Assembly: GCA_024137785.1 (NCBI GenBank)
Contig: JAHRHZ010000140.1
Coordinates: 30,733,687-30,797,686, forward strand
Origin: Ginglymostoma cirratum
Taxonomy: Eukaryota
Direction: 5' to 3'
DNA: 64,000 nt
Position 1 is the first letter of the stretch, and each line of letters begins with the position of its first letter. Positions 11,437-23,013 of this stretch are shown piece after piece. The translations under genes and the position numbers were made by a program. The notes beneath the pieces were generated by a model. That model was not told where the DNA came from and did no database searches. It saw only the letters and a list, made by a program, of their open reading frames with translations.

Positions 11437-14400
11437 TGTGGAACATCTAGGAACAGTTTAATCCAAAAATTCAGCTCAAACTGTCATTATGGTTACTGAG
11501 GAAGAGTACCATTTTTTGTAACATGAACTTTAGGGTGCATTCATTTCCTATTCACATGCATTTTTTCAAAGTCTTTAAAAAGACTGTAATAGTAAACAGC
11601 TTCTTTGTTTGTACTGTGTACATGGTTGCTACACTGTTAGTATTGAACTAACTCAAAGCAATGTACAGCATTTTGAATGTGAAAGTGATTTAAATAATTA
11701 GCATTTAATGTCAGCGTGCCTTTGGTCTTATACCAGGAGCTAGCCTCATGGGGAGTGTGAAAATGGCAGCAGCAGTTCAAATTTAAATACTTGTGCCTAC
11801 CTCAATTTAAATAGTTTTGGCTTTTTTCAAGCATCACTAAGGTTTTAATCATTTTTGTCAAGGGAGAAATGCTGGCAAAAAATGATACGAAACTAAACCC
11901 AATATGAAAGCAGGAGATTGAATCTATATACAAGTAAACGAGGGGTACAACATCTATTTGATGGGTGGGAAAATGTGTCATTTCACAAAATCTGTACAAG
12001 AAAAGTCACACAATTTGGTGCTCTAGGGCACTGTCACAATACACAGTTTGTTAGAATTGACAACAAATTTCAACATTCCATAGAACTATCCACAGTTCTC
12101 CTCTTTTGCAACCCCACCACTGAGGGGTAATCTATGTCCTGTGTTCACCTGATGTCTCGATTCCTCTGGGATAATTATTAAGATGGTGTTCCTTTCAAAC
12201 AAGATGTCTATTGCCTGCTCAGTGCATTCATGGATGGTAAACTGTGATTTGACATACAACACCTGTGGTGACGTAAAAATTTAATGCAATAATGATTCCT
12301 ATGAAACAAGCCTTCACTCTATAACAAGTCATCTGTAGGTTAGCCTCCAGGAGGTGACATAACTACCATGGCAGCCTTGTTTGTGAAGTAAGTGTTGAGA
12401 ACATGTCTTTTTGATGCAAACAGAATGACAGTCTGTCTCACTAAATGCAGATTTGGTGTAAAAACTATTGAATCTCTCACCGGTGAAGTATTGTTGCAGA
12501 TGTGGTTTTGTCCCAAAAAGACATTTATGCCTTTTTTCCTCCAAATGTCTAAGCACCATTGATATCCTGATAGGAATTCCCACCCTGTGTACTTTGGATT
12601 AGGCAGGAAGACGACATAAGACTGTTGTAGGAATCAGAATTGGCAAAAATGTCCTGTAATGCAAAATAAAACAGATCTAAAGAACAATAAATGTAAATTC
12701 CCCATTGACAATATAAATAAAGCAATAGAATAAGCATAAAATGCAATAGCATGTGCATCCTGCTTTCATATCTAGCACTGGGGCTCAATAGCCACAATTT
12801 CATAACAGAGGAACAATGGCGTTTCTAACATTGCTGTTCAACTCAATGTGAGAAAGCTACATAATGGACTGAAGTGGAGCAATGGTCTTTTGTGAGGGAA
12901 AAATTGATTCTTTCACAAGATTTAATATTGTTATCCTCAATGATGCAGTATGCTAGTGTTTAAAGCAGTGTACCATACACTGGCAATTCCCCATAAGCCA
13001 AATTCTCTGTCTCAGTTGTGCTGTTAGTTGGAGCTGCTAAGTGGAGGCTTCAAGCTTCCCACAGGGAAGGAGGGAAAAATCAATGGGGGAATCACATGGG
13101 GCCACTCTTGTTCACCTCATAATGAGCAGTTTGAAAGTAGTATTGTCAGAGGCTTGGGAGCAGGTCACCTGCCCGTCCATAAGTTAGGGAAATATTATGT
13201 GCTGCTTGTGCACAAGAAAGACTAAGGAATATCTATTTATTTTATTACAAAAATGGGTTTTAGATCTCAGCTTTTTGATTGAATACGGCTGATACATGGG
13301 CAAAAACATAATGTAAACAAGGCAAGGATGCTAAGATAGAGTTTCTGCTTGGTCCACAATCAGCAATCCGGGTGTTGTTGAGAAACATTTTTGCCTTTTA
13401 AGTTGCATCTCACAAGTGGTATGTTCAAAGCACTGAACATGTATTTAGTGAGTCTAAAACATATAAACCCTAAATATTTTTAAACCATGCCTATTGAAGT
13501 CCTGGTGTCCAGAAGAACCTGCTTAACTTCTGGATACTCTTCAAAGACCTACAAATGATGCATTCAGCTGAACTTCCCAAAGATTATGGACAGCTTTGTG
13601 GAAGGGGCCAGCTTCTAACGTAATCTTTTTAAAACTATTGAAAAAGGCTGCAGAATCTCAATTTGTGTCGAACATAATTTACACTTATAAATCCATTACC
13701 TTTTGCGCCAATTTGCAAATTGTGGGCAAATTGCACGTCTGAAACATAACACAACCAAGTGTAAAGTTTACTATTTAAACTGGTGTAATGCTTAGTCTAA
13801 ATCTGTAATGAGCAGATCTTTTCAGTAGATATTTAGCTTTATGTGAACATCATATTCAGGTAAAGCATACATTCAGAATGAAATAGGGGTATTCAGAATG
13901 AAAAAAAAAACTTCATTTGAGAAGAGAATTAAACAATGACAGATATATACTGTAAGAAATATTAAAGATGCATTCACATGGTTGTCAAAACTAATCGTAT
14001 ATCATTCAATATTATATGCGAGTTTTTCAGAAAATTGTCATCGCTATTTGTACTTATTTGCATTTCAGATGAAGCCTCAAACTTGTGTCATACTTCTAGG
14101 GGATCAGGATAGAAACTAGATATATTCCAATAAGGCATAAGGTTCAACAAAAAGTTCACTAAAAACAACAGTTCCTAGAATGAGTGGAAGAATTCAAATT
14201 AAAATTGCATTTTTAAGAAGAGACCTAAGACAAATCTAAAGCAAATGGATTGGAAATTCAGCCTTGCAGTGCCCATCTCTCAGATTCTAAATGAGCTCCC
14301 AAGCCTCCAAAATGGCAGTTAGAAAGTGCACGCCAGTTAGAAGAAATAAATATGCCAACTGCCATGTTAATAAAATGCAAATGTTCGGATGCGGCGGCTA

Positions 14401-16685
14401 TGCCTAAGACAGACATTAGTTTCTTTAAGGACCAGAATTTGGTCTTTACCAGAATGGCAGGTGCTGAGCTTCCAGCTTCTTAGCAATGAGTGTTCCCTGC
14501 TCACCATAATGGCCACATAGGAGACTGGTTAGTGCCTGACAAATAGAATCAAATTCTGAGGCAATGTGTCTTCTGTCTGTTTCTATTGATATTTCAGAAA
14601 ACATTTTTGTCTGAATGCTTAATGTTCTTGACATGGATGAGAGAACTGTATGGGAAGAATTGCTGAGCCCAACAGTGCAAAGGAGCTGAATTAATATCAG
14701 TAGATACACTCATTAACTCAGGGTGCTTCAGAGGTCTTGTCATTGTAGCTATGCACGTTAATTTAATTCCTTTACCCATCAGCCTCAATAAGCTCTCTGC
14801 CAATTTTCACATTGATATAATTTTATTAAATTCCCTTGCAAAGTGCTTCCTTTTTCCATATTAACTGTTTCCAAGAGGAACCATGGAATAGACAGATAAT
14901 GTCATCTGGTTAAATCTACAGAAAAAAATGTTTGGGACATCTTCTTTAAAGTAAGAACCTTTTTACATATTAATTTTCAGTACTAAAAGAACAAAGAAGC
15001 AATACGTGCTTGTTTATTAAATTCAGAACTTCAAGCAAAGATGTGAAAAATTGCAGTTAATTTTTTTGTTGAGTGTGGGTGAATTTGATGGCCATTTTGT
15101 CTGTAAAATATAGATTAAATATCTATTTAGACTGTAATTTATTAATTCTTCACTCACCATTTAATGAATGCATTTTCTGCTTGGGTAGCTCGGCCAGTCA
15201 ATTTGTCTACGTCTGAGGGTATATTCTATGTGCATGTCTGTTGTATATAGTGCTGTAATGCTCAGGGCGTTTTGCATAGTTTTTTGTTTTAAGGCTATTG
15301 AACAGGGCAATTTTCTTGGAAGAACAAAAGCAAGAAAAATCCAGATAACAAAAATACAGAAGAGCTAAGAAACAATAAAAATGAGAAATGGTTGGGAACA
15401 ATAATAAAAAAACTGCTTATTTCCTGGGAGAAATTTAGATAGTAATTCCCAAGGAAAAATCCTTGCAGGATAACAAATACAGAAATTCCCAAATATGACA
15501 TAACCATCAAGGGAATAGCAAAAAATCAGTTTATGCGAGAGGAATAATGCAGACAATGCACTTCTTGGAGTCCACAGATGAAGTGCACACTACTTTTCAT
15601 GGTTCCTGTCCATTGCAATTTTAGTGAGACAGTCTCTCTAAGGGTGGATCTTCACAAACAAATATAAACTGCAGGGATATAGTCAATACTTTAAGCAATT
15701 AGACACTGTAAGAGTAATAGGAATTCACCGCTTGCTAAAATTACTGTTCATAATTTAGTTTGTCAATCTGCTTAAAAAGATCTCAGGCATACTTGTGTGA
15801 CAGGACCACAACACAACACTTGCCTCTTAGTGTGTAGTATCCAGCAGAGAGACTAAAGATTCAAATGGAGCCTGAAAGAACGCAGTGTGCGTTGCCCTAA
15901 GGTGCTAGGCCTGCTATATCAGTGAAAACTCATTTATTGCTAATTCAAATGAACTTTTACTCACCCTAGGTTTTTAAATTGGTGAACTGAATGAAGAGAA
16001 AAATCATCTAGTCACCAAGCCAGCACTGCATTGATGGTTAATTATGTCTCTGCTCTGAAAATGATCTGCATATATCTGTATTTGAATGACACAGCGCTAT
16101 CACCTCAAGATAATTTTGTTCAGTGCAGTCATTCAAATGCAACATTTTAATTCCTAATTTCTGAGTTGATTCAATCCTGGGAGTTAGAAGTGTAGTGTAA
16201 ACATGAAGTTGGAAATTCAGATTTAGTCTGAAATAAAAATTTGAACATAGTTGGCAGAGCATTCATGCTGAACTGAAATGGATGGTACTATTAAAACAGT
16301 GACCTTGAATCTTTATATTCTTCATTGTTAATGCAGGTACATTTCACAGCGACGTGGAGACCAAAGAAGCAACATCAGTGACACCTGGTATCACATATTG
16401 GAGCCTAACTGTCATGCACAATGTGGTTAATCTGAGCATGAATAAATTCAATCTGCAATTTGTCAGCCATGTTGTGATGATATGATAATTGTAACCACAA
16501 TACAAAAATGTCAATATTATCAAATTTTCACAGTGGGACTGCTCTAGAGGCAATTGGCAAGACTAGAACCAAAGTAAAACTCGTCTAGATGATGTCTACA
16601 TCGTGATTATAATGCTTATAATTGCTGTATCTGAGGGGAGAATTTAAAATGATATACATTGGGTCAGAATTTCAATATTCAGAAC

Positions 16686-17244
16686 ACTCTAACCTGGATA
16701 ACAAGCATGGGGCTGGATGAACACAGCAGGNNNNNNNNNNNNNNNNNNNNNNNNNNNNNNNNNNNNNNNNNNNNNNNNNNNNNNNNNNNNNNNNNNNNNN
16801 NNNNNNNNNNNNNNNNNNNNNNNNNNNNNNNNNNNNNNNNNNNNNNNNNNNNNNNNNNNNNNNNNNNNNNNNNNNNNNNNNNNNNNNNNNNNNNNNNNNN
16901 NNNNNNNNNNNNNNNNNNNNNNNNNNNNNNNNNNNNNNNNNNNNNNNNNNNNNNNNNNNNNNNNNNNNNNNNNNNNNNNNNNNNNNNNNNNNNNNNNNNN
17001 NNNNNNNNNNNNNNNNNNNNNNNNNNNNNNNNNNNNNNNNNNNNNNNNNNNNNNNNNNNNNNNNNNNNNNNNNNNNNNNNNNNNNNNNNNNNNNNNNNNN
17101 NNNNNNNNNNNNNNNNNNNNNNNNNNNNNNGTCAAGCAGCATCATAGGAGCAGGATGCTGCTTGACCTGCTGTGTTCATCCAGCCCCATGCTTGTTATCT
17201 CGGATTCTCCAGCATCTGCAGTACCTTTTAACTCTAACCTGGAT
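16686..17244 (+). mobile_element. Penelope-derived fold-back element, copy 1 (spans 400-N gap), 14-bp TSD
   Basis: TSD actctaacctggat at 16686-16699 and 17231-17244. Inverted arms gataacaagcatggggctggatgaacacagcagg / cctgctgtgttcatccagccccatgcttgttatc. 3' extension ggattctccagcatctgcagt. Confidence 0.88.
16731..17130. other. Assembly gap (400 N)
   Basis: Run of N. Confidence 1.
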
Positions 17245-17349
17245 GTTTCTTTAAGAAAGTGACATTAGATACATGCAGAGGTACAATATGTCTTCACTCT
17301 GGAATGCACAATGCTTTTTACAGGTCTTGAGGTCGAAATAAGACTGAAA

Positions 17350-17795
17350 AAAAAGAGACTTGGATTGATAAAATACTTTTGACATCTCTACAGAACACCT
17401 TCAAGCAATTACAGCTAATTGGACCCATTTGAAGTGTTGCTAATGTTGTAATGTAGAAACATGTTAGCTAATTTGCACCCAGTAAAGTCCGTAAAGAGCA
17501 AAAATAATAGTGAACAAACAGGAAGACAGAAAACAATCTGCTTTTGGAATTTGCATCAAGCTATAATTATTTTGCTGCAAAGCTATCTCTGGTGTCCTAG
17601 AAAACAGAGTCTTTGGATCTTTACATGCGCTTGAGAGTGTAGCCAGTTAAACATCACAGAAGGCAGCACCTCCAACAGTGCAGCACTCTCTTAGCATTAG
17701 AGTGTCAGAAATGATTTTTCTGCTGTAATCCTGGAGCAGAACTTGAACCCACAATCTTACAACTCAGATGTAAGATTGCTACTAGCTAAGCCAGA
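17350..17795 (-). mobile_element. SacSINE1/Deu-domain SINE (old, near full length)
   Basis: Minus-strand head tggcttagctagtagcaatcttacatctgagttgtaagattgtgggttcaagttctgctccag, then gagagtgctgcactgttggaggtgctgccttc, gtgcaaattagct and ttctacattacaaca...acacttcaaa. Confidence 0.78.
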
Positions 17796-18571
17796 GCTAA
17801 CACAACACCCAAAGAAAGAAGAGTGGGTTAATTTATGCTTAGGCTACATCTACTTTGCCAGGACAAACTTCTGGCGATACACATTCTTCCACAAGCAGCT
17901 GTTCAGTGGGAATATCACATTCAGACTGCCTGCCTTGCAAGCAATGACTCCCAGCTCAATCTGAGGAGTGGGATTGAAGCAGGATAGGTAGAATGGGGGG
18001 AAGTTACGAAGAGTTCATACTGGGGAGTTCTGTGCTATCTATTGCTTGACAACAGCAATAGAGTGGAGGCAGCCAACTGGCTAGAAGATGCCCAGATAAC
18101 TTTTAAAATATAAGTTGCTTTTAAGCTCCTCATGGGTCAGCTGCTACACAAGCCCACTCTAAAACCCCACAAACGTGCACTCAACCTCTCAGCAATGAAT
18201 ATGGTCCTGATCTCCGGAAGGGTTACTCAGCCCTCACAGATAGCAGTCAAGAACCTTAAATAAATGCCTTTCCCCCCGCCTGACTTCACATTATGGTCTC
18301 GATCTAAGAAATACTCACCAAAACCTCTACCCCACCATTGCAGCTCCAATCCTTCAACTCCTACTCAATGCCCAGGTAAACTCCCTTACGTCCACAGCTA
18401 TGGCATCATATTGCTATTCGTACACCCATTGACTGAACAGTCAGTCTAACAGACAGTTGTCATTGACTTATATATTTAAGGTCTACATCCATGTCCCTGA
18501 CTGCGCCAGATTCTTTTTCTGCTATCACATTCACATAGCCACTGAGCCTTTCCATTAATGTCAGGGGCAGA

Positions 18572-18712
18572 TGAATCTATATGCTGAGAGATAGTAGAAA
18601 CTGCAGATGCTGGAGAGTCTGAGATAACAAGGTGTAGAGCTGGATGAACACAGCAGGCCAAGCCGATGCTGCTTGGCCTGCTGTGTTCATCCAGCTCTGA
18701 ATCTATATGTTG
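18572..18712 (-). mobile_element. Penelope-derived fold-back element, copy 2, ~15-bp TSD
   Basis: TSD tgaatctatatg(c/t)tg at 18572-18586 and 18698-18712. Perfect 28-bp stem 18636-18663 / 18671-18698 with a 7-nt loop. The extension is in the opposite orientation to copies 1 and 3. Confidence 0.92.
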
Positions 18713-19213
18713 CCTGATGGAAACTAATAAATTAGTTTGTGATAAAGCTCACCTTGATGCAAAAATAATTGTACCTCATAAAGAGTTGCAAATCAAGAAA
18801 TCCAAATAATGCATCAACCAAAAACACTCTGATCAAAATAATTTTAATCTTCTGAAAGATGAATGACATGTCACTCATTCCAACCACTGGGCAAACAAAT
18901 TATTTCAAAGTTTATCCTATAGACCTATTTTTAAGACAATAACATTTAGAAATTACTGTGCTGTTATTTTTCAATGAATTAGTCTCCTTAAAATAAATAA
19001 ATATGTTGAAAAGTGAACAACATTTCTACTGTCAAAATATTTTACCCAAAGGAGTTCTGGTAATAAACTGAAAAAATGCATGTCATAATTGGTAGCTGTG
19101 AGCAGAAATGCTCCTTTAGCACTTGCAATTGAACTTCAATGTTTTGGCCTGGAGGAGGAAGGGGGTGTTGTTACTGCATTATTCATCTCATAAGGAAATA
19201 GAGCAATGCAATA

Positions 19214-19285
19214 CAGAAATGACTATATGCCCTTATTTCTGAAATCTAGCAGAAATGATTACATGACCTTATTTCTGAAGTCTAG
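19214..19285. repeat. 2 x 36-bp tandem duplication
   Basis: cagaaatgactatatgcccttatttctgaaatctag / cagaaatgattacatgaccttatttctgaagtctag (4 mismatches). Confidence 0.9.
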
Positions 19286-20190
19286 TTGACTAAGTGATAG
19301 CCAAGAGGTGAATTGCAAAGCAGATAAATGGGTATTTAAATTACAGTTACTGATGCTACATTCTTTAAGGGCCTTATTTATTTCATTTTACTGTGCGACA
19401 ACAAATAAACATGATGAAAATAGATTACTTTAAATACTGCTTAGAAAACATTTTGGGCACTTTATCAAACAATTTAATTAACAACAGTTAAACTTTTGGA
19501 TCTTGGTTGCTGTGATGGATATTAAGGATTTTATTATTTGACCATGGATGATAGTGTTACTCTACACTTATGCCATAAAGTAGTTACATTTTCCTAACTC
19601 TGGTGAGCTAAATGCCAAAAACACTATCTGTCTAGAGTTAAAATAAATATTTTCTGAAATTTTGACCTATTTTAAATATTTATAATTGAGAATACTTTGA
19701 AATTCTTTACCCATTGTAACCATTCCCCTACTGTCCTCTGTGGCTCATCCCCCCATTTCTAACAAATCCATAATTTGTAGTAGGAAAGGGGGAGGCTGAA
19801 GGTCATGATAAATTCACCCTGAAGAATGCTGGGGAAGTTAGTTAGTCATCTTAATTTTTATTTTGTGATGTTAAGGACTGTTGAGATTTGGGTACAACAA
19901 ACAACTTAAAGTAATCTTTGAAGTTTAAAAATGCAAGTGCTTTATTTATTATGGTCTACAGTATTCAATTTTTCACTGCAGTTTGGGTTTCCATTAAATG
20001 TTTTAAACATTTAATATTCACCATTAATATTTCAAAATATATTTAGGATATTTTATGGGAAACAATTGAACCCAAGATCATGCATTGTTTCCATTTTCTG
20101 TTATAAAATATTTATAGCATGAATAAACAAATTGTGTATTACAGGCACTTAAGGTTGTTGATTCAGTTTTAGATGTTTTCTAGAGTTTAA

Positions 20191-20205
20191 GCTCCCTCTG
20201 GTGGC
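20191..20205 (-). promoter_or_regulatory. Candidate CTCF binding site
   Basis: Minus strand GCCACCAGAGGGAGC matches the CTCF core consensus CCACCAGAGGG(C/A)GC. It is a GC-rich word in very AT-rich unique sequence. Confidence 0.55.
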
Positions 20206-22801
20206 TTCTGGGCTTAGTTTTCCTCCTGGGAGCAGACAATTGCTATTCACAAAGTTCAAAGAAATATAACTTCATTTGAAAATTCCCAATAAATCCAATA
20301 GTGTGACAAAAGAATATACAAGAACTCATTAGAATTGAGCAAATTCCATTGATGAGCAAGACTTCTTCTCTAGAAATTATGAATACATTTTTTAAAAACT
20401 CAAGCTATGAAAACATTAGAGTGTGGAATTATGATTCCTTTCCTTGTCTTTTGTTAGTTCATGAATATCTGGAACATACGGTGGCAGTCAGAATCCAGCG
20501 AGCCATACCACATGAGAATATAAAGTCTACTTACACAGGGTTCCCAGTATTTTTCATGTTCTTATGGAAAATATCCTTTTGAAATCCCAGAGCAGCAAAT
20601 TTTAATCTCATTTGTGCATGTGAATGATGCAAAGACAGGGCTGAACAGCAAGGGGAACACTTTTTTAGCATAATTTCATTTGTCAGGAGAATCTTGCAGC
20701 TGACATCGGAAGAGTGATCTAATTGATTTTAATCATACACCTGAGATTGAAAACTGGCTTTATCATGAAAAATAATTTTAACATGTCTAAAGGAGTATTG
20801 CTTCCATCTAAATATTTCTCTTCTTTTTTGACGGTCTTTGAGAACACCAAAAATTGAATTGTGCGTGTATTCAAAAACTATCCAAACAACTAATTAGCAG
20901 GAATGCTTTAATGTATTTTCTCAGCATAGATTAACAAAGTAAAATTTTGTTGTTTGGCAATGTTGCATTGTGGGTTAATCTTGATTTAGCCACAACAAGC
21001 AAAAAGACGACGTTTGACCTGATGAATTTCCATCAGTAATAAAGCTGTAACAACATTTTTTATGTAGCCAGTAAGAATCATTAGTAGAAGCTGGCCAACT
21101 TTAGTTCAGTTTGGTGAAATATGAAATTCAAGTTTCCACATGTTTTTTTTTAAAGTTCTGAAATCCCCCAAAGGACCCATAAGGTGCATTGAATTTGCAT
21201 CCTGTATCATTGTTATTTTAACAAATGTCATACAACAGAATATTCTTCAAAAACTCCTTCAGCATCAAAATCCTTGCACAACCTTTCATGTAGGCATTGA
21301 ATTGTAATATTTTCAATGAGTTCTTTAGCTAGATTTTTGTTTATGTCGCAGTTTGGTTTTTGGAGGTATCAGGACCACACCAAAAGTAGAAATATTTGGC
21401 GGTTGTCATAATGTTATAGATACGTGAAAATTATTCCTGAAGTTTAAAGTTCATTGGGTAAAGAATGTTGCTTTTTTCTTTATGTGGGCTTTGATTCAAG
21501 TCCAAGGATGAGTGATGAAGGTCAGCCTTTACTAATGACCACTGAGGATTAAAAGGATTAGTTGCTGTGTAACTATGCAATGCAAATTGTTCCCGGTTCA
21601 GCAATATGAGATCTCAAGGATTTTTCACTTCAACCTCAGAGAAAAATGCATGTTACCAGGTGCAAGATAGAGTGGTATTATGACGGGAGAGGTCAAACTA
21701 TAGCACTGGGGTGGCCAATGGAAAAATAGTCCCTAAAACCATTGATTTCGATTTAACTGAGATAAAATAATTGTGTTGTTCAGATTTTTAACAATCACCA
21801 ATAGAAGTGAAAGGAAAACTTGGTAACAATGAATTGAAGCCGATGAGTAACAGACCAAAGTGGATTACAATGAACTGGACTAAAACTATAACTTAATGTT
21901 TTGGGATGACAGTAGCAGATCTTGAGCAGTTTATATTTCTTATTTATCGTCATAGACTATTTTCACTGAAAGCTTAATTCAAACTGAATGCAGATGTATC
22001 TTTAGCTGTGAAATCATGTTTCACCATTGGTCAATCGTAAAGGGTTAATGAGAGTAGCTACCAGCATATGGAAGATTATATTCACAAACAGATATTTACA
22101 CTAGAAGCACACTGATAAATGAGGATCCCCGCTGAAATATAATGTAACATACGACCTGACTATTGCACAAAATCTAACCAAGCCCAAATATAATAATAAC
22201 CATAATGTGATCCCAATTTCTAAGAAAGAATAATCAAAACAAAGAGAGTGCTGAATTGAAGTGATAAGCTGTGCTGTCTCGTAGATGAGGATGTTCTATT
22301 CTCACGACAAACTCAAAACAGATGCTTATATGTGGGGCACCTGTTTATCACAGCAAGAGCAAGAAGAATGGTAGAGAAAAGGGTAAAGCACACAGTAAAT
22401 GAGCCCACAATAAGTTAAACCCTGGCAGGGAATTTGGAAGCTTGAAATTATTTTAAATTGTAATTAAAACCAGAGGTGGTGCCCTTTTTAAAAAAAAGCA
22501 TAGATATCATGGGTTAAAAAGCTGACTTTTGAAGGAAGTGATGTGCAAACTTCATATTGACGTCAATTATTCATGATTGTTGCATGATGTCCAGTACCAA
22601 CTGCATAGTTCAGTGGTCTATACTCAGTGGGGGGCTTAGGTTCATATGAGGTAAGCACCAATTAAAGCATGATTGCACTTCATACAGTCAACCTGCACCA
22701 CTGAAAAAGGTACATTCTGGCTAGAGCTGGTGATAGAACTGTCTCTGAAAGTGTTTATCACAAAAGAAAGAAGAAGAACAATAAAGCACAAAGCTTCAGA
22801 G

Positions 22802-23013
22802 ATGGCTCCTGGGTTCTCTGTTATAACACTGGTAACCTCAATTCCTGATGTGGATAATGGGGAAACGTCATGTTTCCTCAGGGGATCAGGAAGTCACCCA
22901 GGCATATGAAGGGAATGGGAAGGGACAGCCATGGTGGCAACGAGTTTGGTCCCCAAGGATTTGCTGCAGTAGTGGCAAAGTTCAATGACCTCATACAAGT
23001 GGTCAAGGTCAGT
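22802..23013 (+). mobile_element. Harbinger Myb/SANT-like exon remnant
   Basis: MAPGFS...EWEGTAMVATSLVPKDLLQ*W/KFNDLIQVVK followed by donor-like AAG|gtcagt. Confidence 0.65.

Noticed and set aside
14838-14860. aaagtgcttccttttt resembling a miR-430/302-type mature miRNA
   Set aside because: No complementary arm nearby to form a pre-miRNA, and not clustered.
16340-16490. Plus-strand exon candidate (TFHSDVETKEATSVTP...)
   Set aside because: Weak donor, no recognisable protein and no partner exons.
16659-17262. Long ORFs across the first gap (and 51891-52550 across the second)
   Set aside because: Artefacts of N runs translating as X.
18636-18698. Perfect hairpin as a pre-miRNA or terminator
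   Set aside because: Explained by the repeated Penelope-derived element with TSDs.
22556-22567. Perfect CRE palindrome attgacgtcaat as a host regulatory site
   Set aside because: It lies just upstream of a Harbinger Myb remnant and is probably element-derived; a single motif is insufficient.
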